Made by a program: the position numbers and the translations under genes. The notes under the pieces were generated by a model. The model was not told where the DNA came from, searched no databases, and saw only the letters and a list, made by a program, of their open reading frames with translations. From NCBI GenBank assembly GCA_035761895.1, contig DASTQE010000298.1, forward strand, positions 1,110 to 65,109: 64,000 nucleotides of DNA, written 5' to 3'. This stretch comes from Nitrospira sp. Lineage in GTDB: Bacteria; Nitrospirota; Nitrospiria; Nitrospirales; Nitrospiraceae. Below are positions 8,471 to 17,550 of the stretch, in pieces (position 1 is the stretch's first letter; the number at the start of each line of letters is the position of its first letter).

Positions 8471-9198
8471 CAAGTTTTACTAGGGGCGGCGAGGGCTTTG
8501 CTCACTTCACCGATCAGACGGCGTTCAATTTCAGCGGTTTCTTCCGCGCTGACGCTCAAGATCCGACCGCCCTGCGCCAGCTTCTCGAATTCAGCCTTCA
8601 CGCTGAGGCGCGTCACGTTCAACGGCTGCGCCTGGACGGCGATCACGTATTGATTTCGGAAGCCGGCTACTTCCAGTGAGACGGGATTCGAGACCTTGCG
8701 GTCCGTCACGATCACGGCCTTTTGATCGGCTTTGATGCTGACTCTGACTTGGTAGCCGTTGCGGGCGAGCGCTTCCTCGACGGACTTGGTGACGGCATTC
8801 AAGGGCCGTGGGAGGTCTTCGTATTGAGCGCCCTTTTGCTCAATATGGATATTCTGGGCTGCCTGCTCGAGGGCCGTTTTCTTGATGTCCGCCGTCAACT
8901 TGCGGGCCTGCACTAGCTGGTGGTCGAGCTGCTCGGCGGCGGCCTTGGCTTCGGCCTTTGCGCTCTCGGCGGCTTTTTTTGCGTCGCGGATCTCCTGGTT
9001 GAGCAGATCGATCTGTTGCTGCATCACCTTGTTGCCGTCCTGCAGTGAGGTGACGAGAGATTCCTGTCTCGCGAGCTGCTTCTTGAGCGTGTCGTTCTCG
9101 GCTCGAAAGGGGGAATCATCCGGTTTGCATCCGGAGAGGACGAGAAAGGCCGGCAATGCGAGGGTAAGCGTAAGGGAGGTACGAGGAAGCCGCCACAT
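8470..9198 (-). CDS. Hypothetical coiled-coil lipoprotein
   Basis: Lipobox LSGC, long Ala/Lys/Gln heptad region, then an alpha/beta C-terminal domain. Confidence 0.75.
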   Translation of the reverse strand: MWRLPRTSLTLTLALPAFLVLSGCKPDDSPFRAENDTLKKQLARQESLVTSLQDGNKVMQQQIDLLNQEIRDAKKAAESAKAEAKAAAEQLDHQLVQARKLTADIKKTALEQAAQNIHIEQKGAQYEDLPRPLNAVTKSVEEALARNGYQVRVSIKADQKAVIVTDRKVSNPVSLEVAGFRNQYVIAVQAQPLNVTRLSVKAEFEKLAQGGRILSVSAEETAEIERRLIGEVSKALAAPSKT

Positions 9199-9260
9199 GG
9201 GTTGACGGATTATCCATGCTTCAGAGCCGCTTGTCCATCGTGATTTTGTTTTTGCCGTCA

Positions 9261-9290
9261 TTGACCGCCCCGCCGCGGCCACGCTATCCT
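9261..9290 (+). promoter_or_regulatory. Sigma70 promoter immediately before ATG 9297 (leaderless candidate)
   Basis: TTGACC-N18-TATCCT then 6 nt then ATG; no SD. Confidence 0.55.
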
Positions 9291-9296
9291 CCGACG

Positions 9297-9956
9297 ATGC
9301 GGCGCATCCTCTGCGTATCGGCCCTCATTGCGATCCTTCTCTTCGCATCGTTCACGTGCCTTCCTCCTGTGCTGTCGGCGGAACCTGACGAACCTCCTGT
9401 CGTGCCGACCGAAGACTATCCGCTCTATGACCTCATCGTCGACGAAAAATTTCTCACCCCTGAGACCAAACTGGTCTTGCTCGAACGTGGGACCCTCACG
9501 CGGCTGCATCCCGAACAGCAAGGACCCCTCGGTGTGGAGACCTTTCAAGAGTATGAAATCTTCGACGGCCGTCTTCCGATCGAGCTGGTGCGCGATTTTC
9601 TCTTCAAGAACCAAACGCCTTCCAAACTGGAAGCACATTTCGGCTTCGGCGTCCGTTATCGCTTCGTCTCGGGCAACGGCGCCGAGCAGCAGGAGACCTC
9701 TCTGGCTCCGGTGCCGGTGTCGCACGGCGGGCCGCGTCTTCTTCAGGACGCGCCGCTCGATGAGCCGCCGGCGGTCATCGACCGGCTGAGCTTCTCCCGC
9801 GTCGCTTATACGTTCGCGCGCGACCACGCCTTCGTCTATGTCGAATACAACCGGCCGGATGGCAGCGGAGGAGGATTCGCCGTCTGGCTTCGCCCCACCG
9901 GGCCTCGCTGGGGCATTTTTGACAGCGAATTGGTATGGGCGGCGCGGACACGATAA
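9297..9956 (+). CDS. Hypothetical exported protein
   Basis: Signal peptide MRRILCVSALIAILLFASFTCLPPVLSA; 219-aa globular-looking sequence. Confidence 0.7.
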   Translation: MRRILCVSALIAILLFASFTCLPPVLSAEPDEPPVVPTEDYPLYDLIVDEKFLTPETKLVLLERGTLTRLHPEQQGPLGVETFQEYEIFDGRLPIELVRDFLFKNQTPSKLEAHFGFGVRYRFVSGNGAEQQETSLAPVPVSHGGPRLLQDAPLDEPPAVIDRLSFSRVAYTFARDHAFVYVEYNRPDGSGGGFAVWLRPTGPRWGIFDSELVWAARTR

Positions 9957-9995
9957 AGGCGAACACGGCCTGTACAGTGTCCGGCTTCCAGTCGG

Positions 9996-10024
9996 TTGCA
10001 GACCGAAGGAACCGGGCGTAGCAT
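9996..10024 (+). promoter_or_regulatory. Putative sigma70 promoter of MBL hydrolase
   Basis: TTGCAG-N17-TAGCAT; supports ATG 10044 as the start. Confidence 0.5.
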
Positions 10025-10043
10025 GTTTCATCATGGCCTTGGG

Positions 10044-10682
10044 ATGGCTGGACTGATCCGCAAAACGTTTTCAGTGCCCCCGCTTGGCTGCAATTGCTCG
10101 ATCATCGGCGATCCCGTGAGCAAACAGGCCATCGTCGTAGACCCCGGAGGAGCGCCGGAACGGATCCTTCGTGAGGTGCGGGAGCTCGGTTTGACCGTGA
10201 CCAAGATTCTTCACACACACGCCCACTTCGATCACTTTCTGGCGTCCGGCGAAATGAAGAAGGCCACCGGGGCCGTCCTCTGCCTGCATCAGGACGACCT
10301 TGAGTTATGGGACATGCTCGACGTTCAGTGCCGGGCGTTTGGGGTGCCGTACACGGCCGTTCCCCCGCCGGATCACTGGATCCTGGACGAAGAAAAAGTG
10401 TCAGTCGGCCAGGTGACGGCGATCGCTCTGCATACTCCCGGGCATACACCGGGGTCCATGAGTTTCCATCTTCCCGCAGGCGGCATCGTGCTGGCCGGCG
10501 ACACTCTCTTTCGCGGGAGCATCGGGCGAACGGATCTCTGGGGTGGAGATTTTGATGCGATTGAGCGGTCCATCCGTGACCGCTTGTACAGTCTCGATGA
10601 CTCGACGCTCGTCGTGACGGGACATGGCCCCGAGACGGAAATTGGATGGGAGAAGGAGAGCAATCAATTCGTCCGCGCATGA
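10044..10682 (+). CDS. MBL-fold metallo-hydrolase (glyoxalase II/YcbL-like)
   Basis: HTHAHFDH, TPGHTPG, GDTLF...GRTDL, GHG motifs. Confidence 0.92.
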   Translation: MAGLIRKTFSVPPLGCNCSIIGDPVSKQAIVVDPGGAPERILREVRELGLTVTKILHTHAHFDHFLASGEMKKATGAVLCLHQDDLELWDMLDVQCRAFGVPYTAVPPPDHWILDEEKVSVGQVTAIALHTPGHTPGSMSFHLPAGGIVLAGDTLFRGSIGRTDLWGGDFDAIERSIRDRLYSLDDSTLVVTGHGPETEIGWEKESNQFVRA

Positions 10683-10700
10683 ACGGATCAGGAGGTAATT

Positions 10701-11204
10701 ATGAGGACAAGCGCTCGATGGCTGATGTTGTTCCTGCTGTCGTTTGGCTGCGGCTCCCCCGTCGTGCATGCGGAACCCGGCTCTTCGCAGCCCGATCAGG
10801 TCACGATTTCCGACGTGAAAGTGCGCATCTCCGACCATGGACCGGTCGTGCTCCTGCAGGCGGAAGGGAAGACCATCCCGATCTTCGTCGACCTCACCGT
10901 CGCCGTATCCATCCAGGGGGCGTTGAATGGTGAGCAGCTGCACCGGCCCTTGTCCCACGACCTCATGCATACGATTCTGAAAACGTTCGGCGCCAAAGTC
11001 ACGCAATCGGTCATTACCCTCAAGGGCGGAACCTATTATGGAGCGCTGAGCGTGGCGTTCGGCGGCGATGTCAAAGTCTTCGACAGCCGCTCGTCGGACT
11101 CCATTGCACTGGCGATTCACTTCAAGGCGCCGATTATCGTCGGGCGTGACCTGCTGAATTCCGCGGGCGTGGTGCAGGAAAAGTCGAAGACGGAGGACCT
11201 CTGA
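10701..11204 (+). CDS. Bifunctional nuclease (DUF151/BFN) family protein with N-terminal signal peptide
   Basis: IPIFV...A.SI...RPLSHDL...YYG.L...DSRSSDSIALAI..KAPI match BFN; GGAGG RBS; hydrophobic leader ending VHA. Confidence 0.8.
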   Translation: MRTSARWLMLFLLSFGCGSPVVHAEPGSSQPDQVTISDVKVRISDHGPVVLLQAEGKTIPIFVDLTVAVSIQGALNGEQLHRPLSHDLMHTILKTFGAKVTQSVITLKGGTYYGALSVAFGGDVKVFDSRSSDSIALAIHFKAPIIVGRDLLNSAGVVQEKSKTEDL

Positions 11205-11210
11205 GTCCTT

Positions 11211-11507
11211 TTATTCCTTGGCCATTCGCTCGTTCAACCGGGCGAGACGTTTCTCGGTCGACTGTCTGATGAAGTCCATGTTTTCGGCGAGGTGCTGCTG
11301 GGCCGTGATCCGGCCCTCTTCCCGGCGCTTCAGCTGACTCAAGCCGAATTGCGCGATGAGCGGACCGTCTTCGTTGTAGAGTTCCTTCCAGATCTCCATG
11401 CAGCGTGCCTGTTTGGCAGGAGGAAAGGCGTCGCAGGGAGGATCAACCGCCCTTGCCGGCTCTGCAGAGAGACCCACGAGCGTGAGGATCACCGCCAACC
11501 GTTTCAT
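11211..11507 (-). CDS. Hypothetical small secreted protein
   Basis: Signal peptide MKRLAVILTLVGLSAEPARA; two Cys (probable disulfide); helical. Confidence 0.65.
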   Translation of the reverse strand: MKRLAVILTLVGLSAEPARAVDPPCDAFPPAKQARCMEIWKELYNEDGPLIAQFGLSQLKRREEGRITAQQHLAENMDFIRQSTEKRLARLNERMAKE

Positions 11508-11532
11508 ATCCCTCTGGTCATCCGCGCTGCGG

Positions 11533-12528
11533 CTAGATCTGCATCGCCTCGGTCACTTCATGAAGCGTCGCCTTCGCCACCGCGCCGGCCTTCCGGCTGC
11601 CGTCCTCCACGATCTCATCGATGCGCGAAGGATGGTTGACGAGAGCCGTCCGCGCCGCCCAGATCGGCGCCAAGGTGTCGACCACTCGGTCGGCCACCAG
11701 CTTCTTACAGTCGATGCAGCCGATTTCGGCCGTGCGGCATTCGCGGTTGACCTGCTCGATAATCGGGAGCGGGGAGAACATCTTGTGGAAGTCGAACACC
11801 GGGCACAGCTCAGGGTTGCCGGGATCCATGCGTCTCACCCGTGCGGGGTCCGTGACCATCGTTTTGAGTTTCTGGCGGACCACCGGCTCGCTATCGGAAA
11901 GGTTGATCGTATTGCCGTAGCTCTTGCTCATCTTCCGGCCGTCCGTGCCAGGGACCTTCGGAAATTTAGTGAGATGTTCCTTCGGCTCGGGAAACACCGC
12001 CTGCTTGTAGAGGTCGTTGAACCGCCGTGCCACTTCCCGGGTCAGCTCCAGGTGAGGCAGCTGATCCTTCCCCACGGGGACGAAATGCGGTTTGTACAGG
12101 AGAATGTCGGCCGCTTGAAGGACAGGATACCCGAGGAAGCCGTAGGTGCTGAGATCCTTCTCCTTGATCTCCTCCTGTTTTTCTTTATACGTGGGGTTGC
12201 GCTCCAACCACGACACCGGAATCATCATCGAAAACAATAAATGTAACACGGCGTGTTCCGGAATGCGTGATTGAATGAACACGATCGAGCGATTCGGATC
12301 GATGCCCGCCGCCAGCCAGTCAATGAGCAGCTCACGCACGTACTCTCGGATGCGGCTCGTGTCGGCGTAGTTTGTCGAGAGCGCATGCCAATCTGCGACA
12401 AAGAAGTAACACTCATGCTCGGCCTGGAGCTGCTTCCAATTCTGAAGCGCCCCGAGATAGTTTCCCAGGTGCAGGAGGCCGCTGGGCTGCATACCGCTCA
12501 GCACCCGTTTCTTGCCTTCGGTCGTCAT
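11533..12528 (-). CDS. trpS: Tryptophanyl-tRNA synthetase
   Basis: SGMQPSG.LHLGNY (HIGH-like), GYPVLQAADIL, VPVGKDQLPHLE, KMSKS. Confidence 0.97.
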   Translation of the reverse strand: MTTEGKKRVLSGMQPSGLLHLGNYLGALQNWKQLQAEHECYFFVADWHALSTNYADTSRIREYVRELLIDWLAAGIDPNRSIVFIQSRIPEHAVLHLLFSMMIPVSWLERNPTYKEKQEEIKEKDLSTYGFLGYPVLQAADILLYKPHFVPVGKDQLPHLELTREVARRFNDLYKQAVFPEPKEHLTKFPKVPGTDGRKMSKSYGNTINLSDSEPVVRQKLKTMVTDPARVRRMDPGNPELCPVFDFHKMFSPLPIIEQVNRECRTAEIGCIDCKKLVADRVVDTLAPIWAARTALVNHPSRIDEIVEDGSRKAGAVAKATLHEVTEAMQI

Positions 12529-13268
12529 GGCGAGGCTCCCGCACTGAATCCCACTACCGCCGAAAGGATTGTACCCGAAAGGCCGGAAGCGAATGTACTG
12601 GTAAAGGTATGGATGATTCGCAGCTCGCGGTCAAATACGAGCAGTCCCACGAGGATCATCATGCCGTAGGGTTCCATTCGCGCAAGCGCCAGCGCGGGGC
12701 GTGGCGGCAGCACACTCACCATGATGCGGCCGCCGTCGAGCGGCGGGATGGGCATCAGATTGAAGATGCCGAGAAAGACATTGACCAGGACGGAATAGAA
12801 CGCCATGACCGCGAGAGGCAGGAGAATCACGGGAGCCCAGGTGGTGTCGTGGTCCGGCGCGGCAGGGCGCGAGTCTGACGACAGGAGAGAGGGATTGATG
12901 AAAAGAAGCAGCGCGAGTAGCACGGCACTGCCAACCGCCAGAAGAAAATTCATGCCCGGTCCGGCCGCCGCAACAAGGGCCATGTCGCGCCGCGGCTGCC
13001 TCATGTTCCGCGGATCCACAGGCACCGGCTTTGCCCACCCCAGCAGAAAGCTACCAGGCAGCATCAAGCAGAGGAAGGGGACAATGAGGGTGCCCAACAG
13101 ATCGACATGTGCCAGGGGATTCAGGGTGAGGCGTCCCTGCCTCTTCGCCGTCGCATCGCCGCATTGATTGGCGACCCAGCCGTGAGCAAATTCATGCAGC
13201 ACTATGGCAAAGAGCAGGGGCAACGCTTTATAGGAGATGGAGTAGAGGAATTGGGATAGATCGTTCAT
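12525..13268 (-). CDS. Site-2 protease family (M50) membrane metalloprotease
   Basis: HEFAHG, GWAKPVPV, AAAGPGMN, FNLMPIPPLDGG. Confidence 0.93.
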   Translation of the reverse strand: MNDLSQFLYSISYKALPLLFAIVLHEFAHGWVANQCGDATAKRQGRLTLNPLAHVDLLGTLIVPFLCLMLPGSFLLGWAKPVPVDPRNMRQPRRDMALVAAAGPGMNFLLAVGSAVLLALLLFINPSLLSSDSRPAAPDHDTTWAPVILLPLAVMAFYSVLVNVFLGIFNLMPIPPLDGGRIMVSVLPPRPALALARMEPYGMMILVGLLVFDRELRIIHTFTSTFASGLSGTILSAVVGFSAGASP

Positions 13269-13273
13269 GGACG

Positions 13274-15277
13274 TCAATCGACTTGTGTGAACCGTCCGCG
13301 CTTGACCTGAATCAGAAACAGAGGACGGTTCAGCGTGCCGTCCTGAGCGAACGCGGCCGGGCCTGCCAGTGCGGGCAAATCCTGCTGCACCGTGAGGTAC
13401 TCGCGAATCGCCTCGCCTGAGGTGGCCCCTTTCTTGATGGCCTCGATCACAAATTTCGCCGCCTCATAGCCTTGCATGGCAAACAGCGTCGGGGAATTCT
13501 GAAACCGCTTCTTATAGCGGTCAACGAAATCCTGCACGGTGGGATTGGGGCTATCGACAAAAAAGCCGTCGACAAAGACGGCGCCGTCGATTGATTGATC
13601 CGCGGTGCGGGCGAAGTCAGGAGCATTCCAACCGTTGCTCCCAAGGAAGGGGACTTTCATGTCGTGAAAGTTCAGTTGAGCGGCGATCAACCCCACATCC
13701 GCGGCCCGGCCCGGGATGAAGATGGCGTCGAACCCCGGTGTATAAAGGACTTTCCTGTCGAGCTTGGTGAGCTTACCGCCGATTTTTGTTGGATCGACGG
13801 GCACCGCAAGCCCATACTTTTTCAAGTCTTCGGTTTTCATGCGTTTCAACTGCGCCCCGACGTCGGAATCACCTTCTTTATAGGATTCGATCGCGATGAT
13901 CTCGCCGTCCCGCTGCCGCGCTTCCTGCGCGAACAAGCGGGCCATCTCGCGGCCATAGGCCGTGTCCGGATGGAGAATGCAAAAGCGGCGGAATCCGAGG
14001 TCGCCCGTGGCGTACGCCGCGATCTTCTGCGCCTGCAGCTGATAGGTCAGTGCCGTGCTGAAGGCAAAACTGCCAAGACGTCTGACGTTCGGCAGCATGG
14101 CGGTCGGCGTAATCAAGGGGGTGTGCGAACGTTCGGCCAGTTCCGCCATGACGGGCAGATTTTTCGACAGCAGGGGGCCGATCACCGCAACGGGGCGATC
14201 GTTCGCCAGGAGACCGGAGAAGTCGTCGAGGAACGAGGCCTGGGCGGATTCGATGTCTTTAACCAGCAGGCCGATCGAAGGCCCTCCGGCTCGATCGCCT
14301 GTTGACTCGACGGCGAGTTGGATGCCGCTCAGCACGTCATTCGCGAACGACGACATTTTTCCGGACAGCGGCAGCACGGTCGCGATCAAGAACTGGCTGG
14401 ACTTCAGCTTGGTCTGCAGCGCATCCAGCATTTCCGACAGCCGGCTTCGCTGCGGATGTGACGGGAAGTGAGCCAGGAATTGCTGAATCTGTCGGGAGGC
14501 TTGGTGCTCTTCGCCACGTCCCATATAAAGGTCGATCAACCGGAGAGCGGCCAGATCTCCGGGGAAGCTTCTCGGATACGCCTCCCTGATCCGCTCGAGG
14601 ACTTTCTTGTCGAAGCTTGCGTTGATGAGTTCCGTGATATTCGTGCGGATCTCCTCCGCTTGTTCCTCTGAGCTCAACGACATCTCATCAAGCCAGGCCT
14701 GAATAGCGCGGGCAGGTTCTTTTTTTTGAACGTAGAGTTCACCGCTCAAATGCACTGCTTCGCGCTTGGTGACGTCGTCTTGCGACAGGGCGCGTAAGCC
14801 GGTCAGAATCGGAAGCGCGAGATCCGGATTTCCCATCGCCGCGTGGGTACGTGCCAGCATCAACTTTCCCCGATCGGCCACCTCGGAGGAGGGAAATTCC
14901 GCCTGGAGTTGCTGCAGGTATTTCAACGCTTCTGCATATTGTTGAGCCCGATACAATGCCGCGCCGAGCAGGAGATAGGTATCGTCAAGCAGGTCCGGTT
15001 TTGGGTTGGTCCCTAGAAACCTGCGAAGGATCGTGATGGCTTCTTCCGCCTGCCCTCCGTCGATCAATCGTTTGGCCTGATTGAGCGTCGGATGGTTTGC
15101 GGGCGCGCGCTTGGCCGTTTCAGCGGCCACCGCAGCATGCCAGGCGGCATCTACGGAGAATGCCAGCAGCGCAAATGCGAGAGCCGCACAGGCTGCGGTG
15201 AATCGCCTCGACCGAGGAGGGGAGCCGCACGGCGAAACGGACCCGTCGGCAGGATAACGCTGGTGGCTCGTACGCAT
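13274..15277 (-). CDS. TPR + periplasmic-binding-protein fold (LppC/LpoA-like PBP activator); start 15277 or 15289
   Basis: Signal sequence, BamD/TPR-like repeats (YLLLGAALYR, FPSSE), then LPLSG...GIQLA, IGPLLS, YGRE, type I PBP fold. Confidence 0.8.
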   Translation of the reverse strand: MRTSHQRYPADGSVSPCGSPPRSRRFTAACAALAFALLAFSVDAAWHAAVAAETAKRAPANHPTLNQAKRLIDGGQAEEAITILRRFLGTNPKPDLLDDTYLLLGAALYRAQQYAEALKYLQQLQAEFPSSEVADRGKLMLARTHAAMGNPDLALPILTGLRALSQDDVTKREAVHLSGELYVQKKEPARAIQAWLDEMSLSSEEQAEEIRTNITELINASFDKKVLERIREAYPRSFPGDLAALRLIDLYMGRGEEHQASRQIQQFLAHFPSHPQRSRLSEMLDALQTKLKSSQFLIATVLPLSGKMSSFANDVLSGIQLAVESTGDRAGGPSIGLLVKDIESAQASFLDDFSGLLANDRPVAVIGPLLSKNLPVMAELAERSHTPLITPTAMLPNVRRLGSFAFSTALTYQLQAQKIAAYATGDLGFRRFCILHPDTAYGREMARLFAQEARQRDGEIIAIESYKEGDSDVGAQLKRMKTEDLKKYGLAVPVDPTKIGGKLTKLDRKVLYTPGFDAIFIPGRAADVGLIAAQLNFHDMKVPFLGSNGWNAPDFARTADQSIDGAVFVDGFFVDSPNPTVQDFVDRYKKRFQNSPTLFAMQGYEAAKFVIEAIKKGATSGEAIREYLTVQQDLPALAGPAAFAQDGTLNRPLFLIQVKRGRFTQVD

Positions 15278-15347
15278 GAAAATCGCCAAAGGTGACTAGT
15301 ATCGGAATCCCCCCGGGGTGTCAAGGTTCGACGCATTGCGTGGCACG

Positions 15348-15376
15348 TTGTCTTCCCTCGAATCATTGGCTATCAT
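15348..15376 (+). promoter_or_regulatory. Sigma70 promoter directly upstream of xerD ATG (leaderless candidate)
   Basis: TTGTCT-N17-TATCAT then 7 nt then ATG 15384; no SD. Confidence 0.55.
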
Positions 15377-15383
15377 CGCCGCA

Positions 15384-16301
15384 ATGGACACGGACGCTCT
15401 GGTCGAGCGCTATCTCAATCATGTCCGCGTCGAAGGCGGCCTCTCACGAAATACCATCGAGGCATACCGGCGCGACCTCGAGAAATTTCAACGCTACCTG
15501 CGTCAGCGGAAGATCGGACAGCTTGGGCTGGTGACGCCGGACACCGTCCGCGCCTTTCTCTCATCCCTTCACGCGCTGCGGCTCTCGGCAGTATCTTCGG
15601 CGCGTTGTTTGTCCGCCGTTCGAGGCTGGCTGCGGTTTCTGCATGAGCAGCAGGTCATCGAGGGGCATCCGGCACGCGACATCACGCCGGCGCGTCGCGG
15701 GACGCGATTACCCAAAACATTATCGGAGCGCGAGGTGACCGCCCTGCTGGAGGTACCGGTGCAGGCAACGGCGGAAGATCGGCGCGATCGCGTGATGCTG
15801 GAATTGCTCTACGCGACAGGGCTGCGGGTGTCAGAGCTGGTGTCTTTGGAGCTTGCCCACGTGAACCTGGAGGTCGGCTATCTGCGCGTGACGGGCAAGG
15901 GATCCAAGCAGCGCATCGTGCCGATGGGTGAGCCGGCCCGGTGTCTTCTGTTGGACTATGTTCACGCCACCAGGCCGCAATTGCTCAAGCACGGCCCTTC
16001 GCGCGTGCTCTTCGTGTCTCGTCGCGGGACCGCCCTGACCAGACAGGCGTTCTGGAAGTCGTTGCGTGCTCGAGCACGGCGAGCCGGGGTGAGCAAAGCC
16101 GTTTCCCCTCACATGCTGCGGCATTCCTTTGCCACGCATCTGCTGGGAGGAGGGGCCGATCTGCGTTCCGTTCAAACGATGCTGGGACACGCCGACATCG
16201 CCACCACACAAATCTACACGCACGTCGAACGCGAGCGGCTGAAACAAGTGCATGCAAGGTTTTTCCCTCGGCAGGCACGCCGGAGTCGAAAATCGCTGTG
16301 A
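15384..16301 (+). CDS. xerD: Site-specific tyrosine recombinase XerD
   Basis: GLSRNTIEAYRRDL, RLPKTLS, LELLYATGLRVSEL, GKGSKQRIVP, SPHMLRHSFATHLL.GGADLRSVQTMLGHADIATTQIYTHV. Confidence 0.93.
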   Translation: MDTDALVERYLNHVRVEGGLSRNTIEAYRRDLEKFQRYLRQRKIGQLGLVTPDTVRAFLSSLHALRLSAVSSARCLSAVRGWLRFLHEQQVIEGHPARDITPARRGTRLPKTLSEREVTALLEVPVQATAEDRRDRVMLELLYATGLRVSELVSLELAHVNLEVGYLRVTGKGSKQRIVPMGEPARCLLLDYVHATRPQLLKHGPSRVLFVSRRGTALTRQAFWKSLRARARRAGVSKAVSPHMLRHSFATHLLGGGADLRSVQTMLGHADIATTQIYTHVERERLKQVHARFFPRQARRSRKSL

Positions 16302-16352
16302 CAACAAGCCCAGGAATAGCCGCAGAATCTGCAAGAACAGTGCGAGATTCGG

Positions 16353-16381
16353 TTGACAAGGGGAGATGGACTTGGTAGCAT
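16353..16381 (+). promoter_or_regulatory. Sigma70 promoter of tRNA-Val
   Basis: TTGACA-N17-TAGCAT, 22 nt before the tRNA 5' end. Confidence 0.75.
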
Positions 16382-16403
16382 CCGCCAGCTTGCTAAGAAA
16401 ATC

Positions 16404-16479
16404 GGGCGGATAGCTCAGTTGGAAGAGCGCTGCCCTTACAAGGCAGAGGTCACAGGTTCGATCCCTGTTCCGCCTACCA
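16404..16479 (+). tRNA. tRNA-Val(TAC)
   Basis: GGGCGGA/TCCGCCT acceptor stem, anticodon arm CTGCC-CTTACAA-GGCAG, GGTTCGATCCC T-arm, encoded CCA. Confidence 0.97.
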
Positions 16480-16592
16480 CGGATGCAATGTGGATCGAGG
16501 CCGTGAATTCAGGGAAAGCAAATCGTTTAGACTGGACCATCCGCTATATATAGTCTTGTCGATCGAATCATCCGCTATAGGTAGAGCCACGA

Positions 16593-16671
16593 GGGGCCGT
16601 CGTTCAGCCTGGTTTAGGACGCCAGATTGTCAATCTGGAGGTCGCGGGTTCAAATCCCGTCGGCCCCGCCA
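16593..16671 (+). tRNA. tRNA-Asp(GTC)
   Basis: GGGGCCG/CGGCCCC acceptor stem, anticodon arm CCAGA-TTGTCAA-TCTGG, GGTTCAAATCC T-arm, GCCA end. Confidence 0.97.
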
Positions 16672-16854
16672 CGTTTTTCGTCTCGCATTGACAGATCAAG
16701 AGAAGAGAGCTGCGGCTGGTTCCGATATTGCCCAGCTCTCTTTCTGGAGTGCGGCACAGAAAGCCTCTATCCCCCGAGCACCATTTTCTACAGCGTCTGT
16801 TAGACTCGAACAGGTGCCTGGAGTGCTCATGCGAGCAGGAAAGGGTATAGACCA

Positions 16855-17550
16855 ATGTTCCAAATCGGTTTGACAGGCCTGTTGGGATCGTTGGGCGCCG
16901 TCTCAAAGGCGGTGCTGCTGTTGCTCTTCCTCTTTTCCGTCGTGTCGTGGGCCATCATCATTTTCAAGTGGCGCGCGTTTGCGACGGCGGACCGGATGGA
17001 TCACCAGTTCATGACGCTGCTCGCGAAAGCCAAAGATTTGGACGATCTCTGCCGTCAGGTACGGCGAATGGAGTCCAGTCCTGCCGCGGTGCTTTTCGAA
17101 GGCGTCATGGACCGGATCGCGGGCTTGCGTGGCCAGGACGGCGCCCCCGCACCGGCCGACCGGCAGCTCATCGAGCGCACAGCCTCTCATCTGTCGCACA
17201 GCCAGTTGTCCAGGCTGGAGTCATACCTTCCTTTTCTAGCCACGACCGGGAACATCACTCCGTTTATCGGGCTGCTGGGCACCGTCATGGGCATCATCGA
17301 TGCCTTCCGTGAGATTGGCGCCCAAGGGACGGCGAGCATCGCGGCGGTGGCGCCGGGCGTCGCCGAAGCGCTGATCGCGACGGCAGCGGGCCTGTTTACG
17401 GCCATTCCTGCAGTCATTGCCTACAACTATTTTCTCAGCCGCATCCGGCGAACGGCCTTCCGAATGGATACTGTCACGATTGAGCTGATGACGTCCCTCT
17501 CCGTGCCCGTGGTCAAGGCGAAACCCGTCCCGGTCGGAGCACAACGATGA
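16855..17550 (+). CDS. tolQ: TolQ (MotA/TolQ/ExbB family)
   Basis: LPFLATTGNITPFIGLLGTVMGII.AF...SIAAVAPGVAEALIATAAGLFTAIPAVIAYN. Confidence 0.93.
   Translation: MFQIGLTGLLGSLGAVSKAVLLLLFLFSVVSWAIIIFKWRAFATADRMDHQFMTLLAKAKDLDDLCRQVRRMESSPAAVLFEGVMDRIAGLRGQDGAPAPADRQLIERTASHLSHSQLSRLESYLPFLATTGNITPFIGLLGTVMGIIDAFREIGAQGTASIAAVAPGVAEALIATAAGLFTAIPAVIAYNYFLSRIRRTAFRMDTVTIELMTSLSVPVVKAKPVPVGAQR

Noticed and set aside
15384-16671. Tyrosine recombinase next to two tRNA genes as an integrase or genomic island
   Set aside because: Sequence matches housekeeping XerD. It lies 5' of the tRNAs, no duplicated tRNA 3' end (att site) was seen, and the flanks are core genes.
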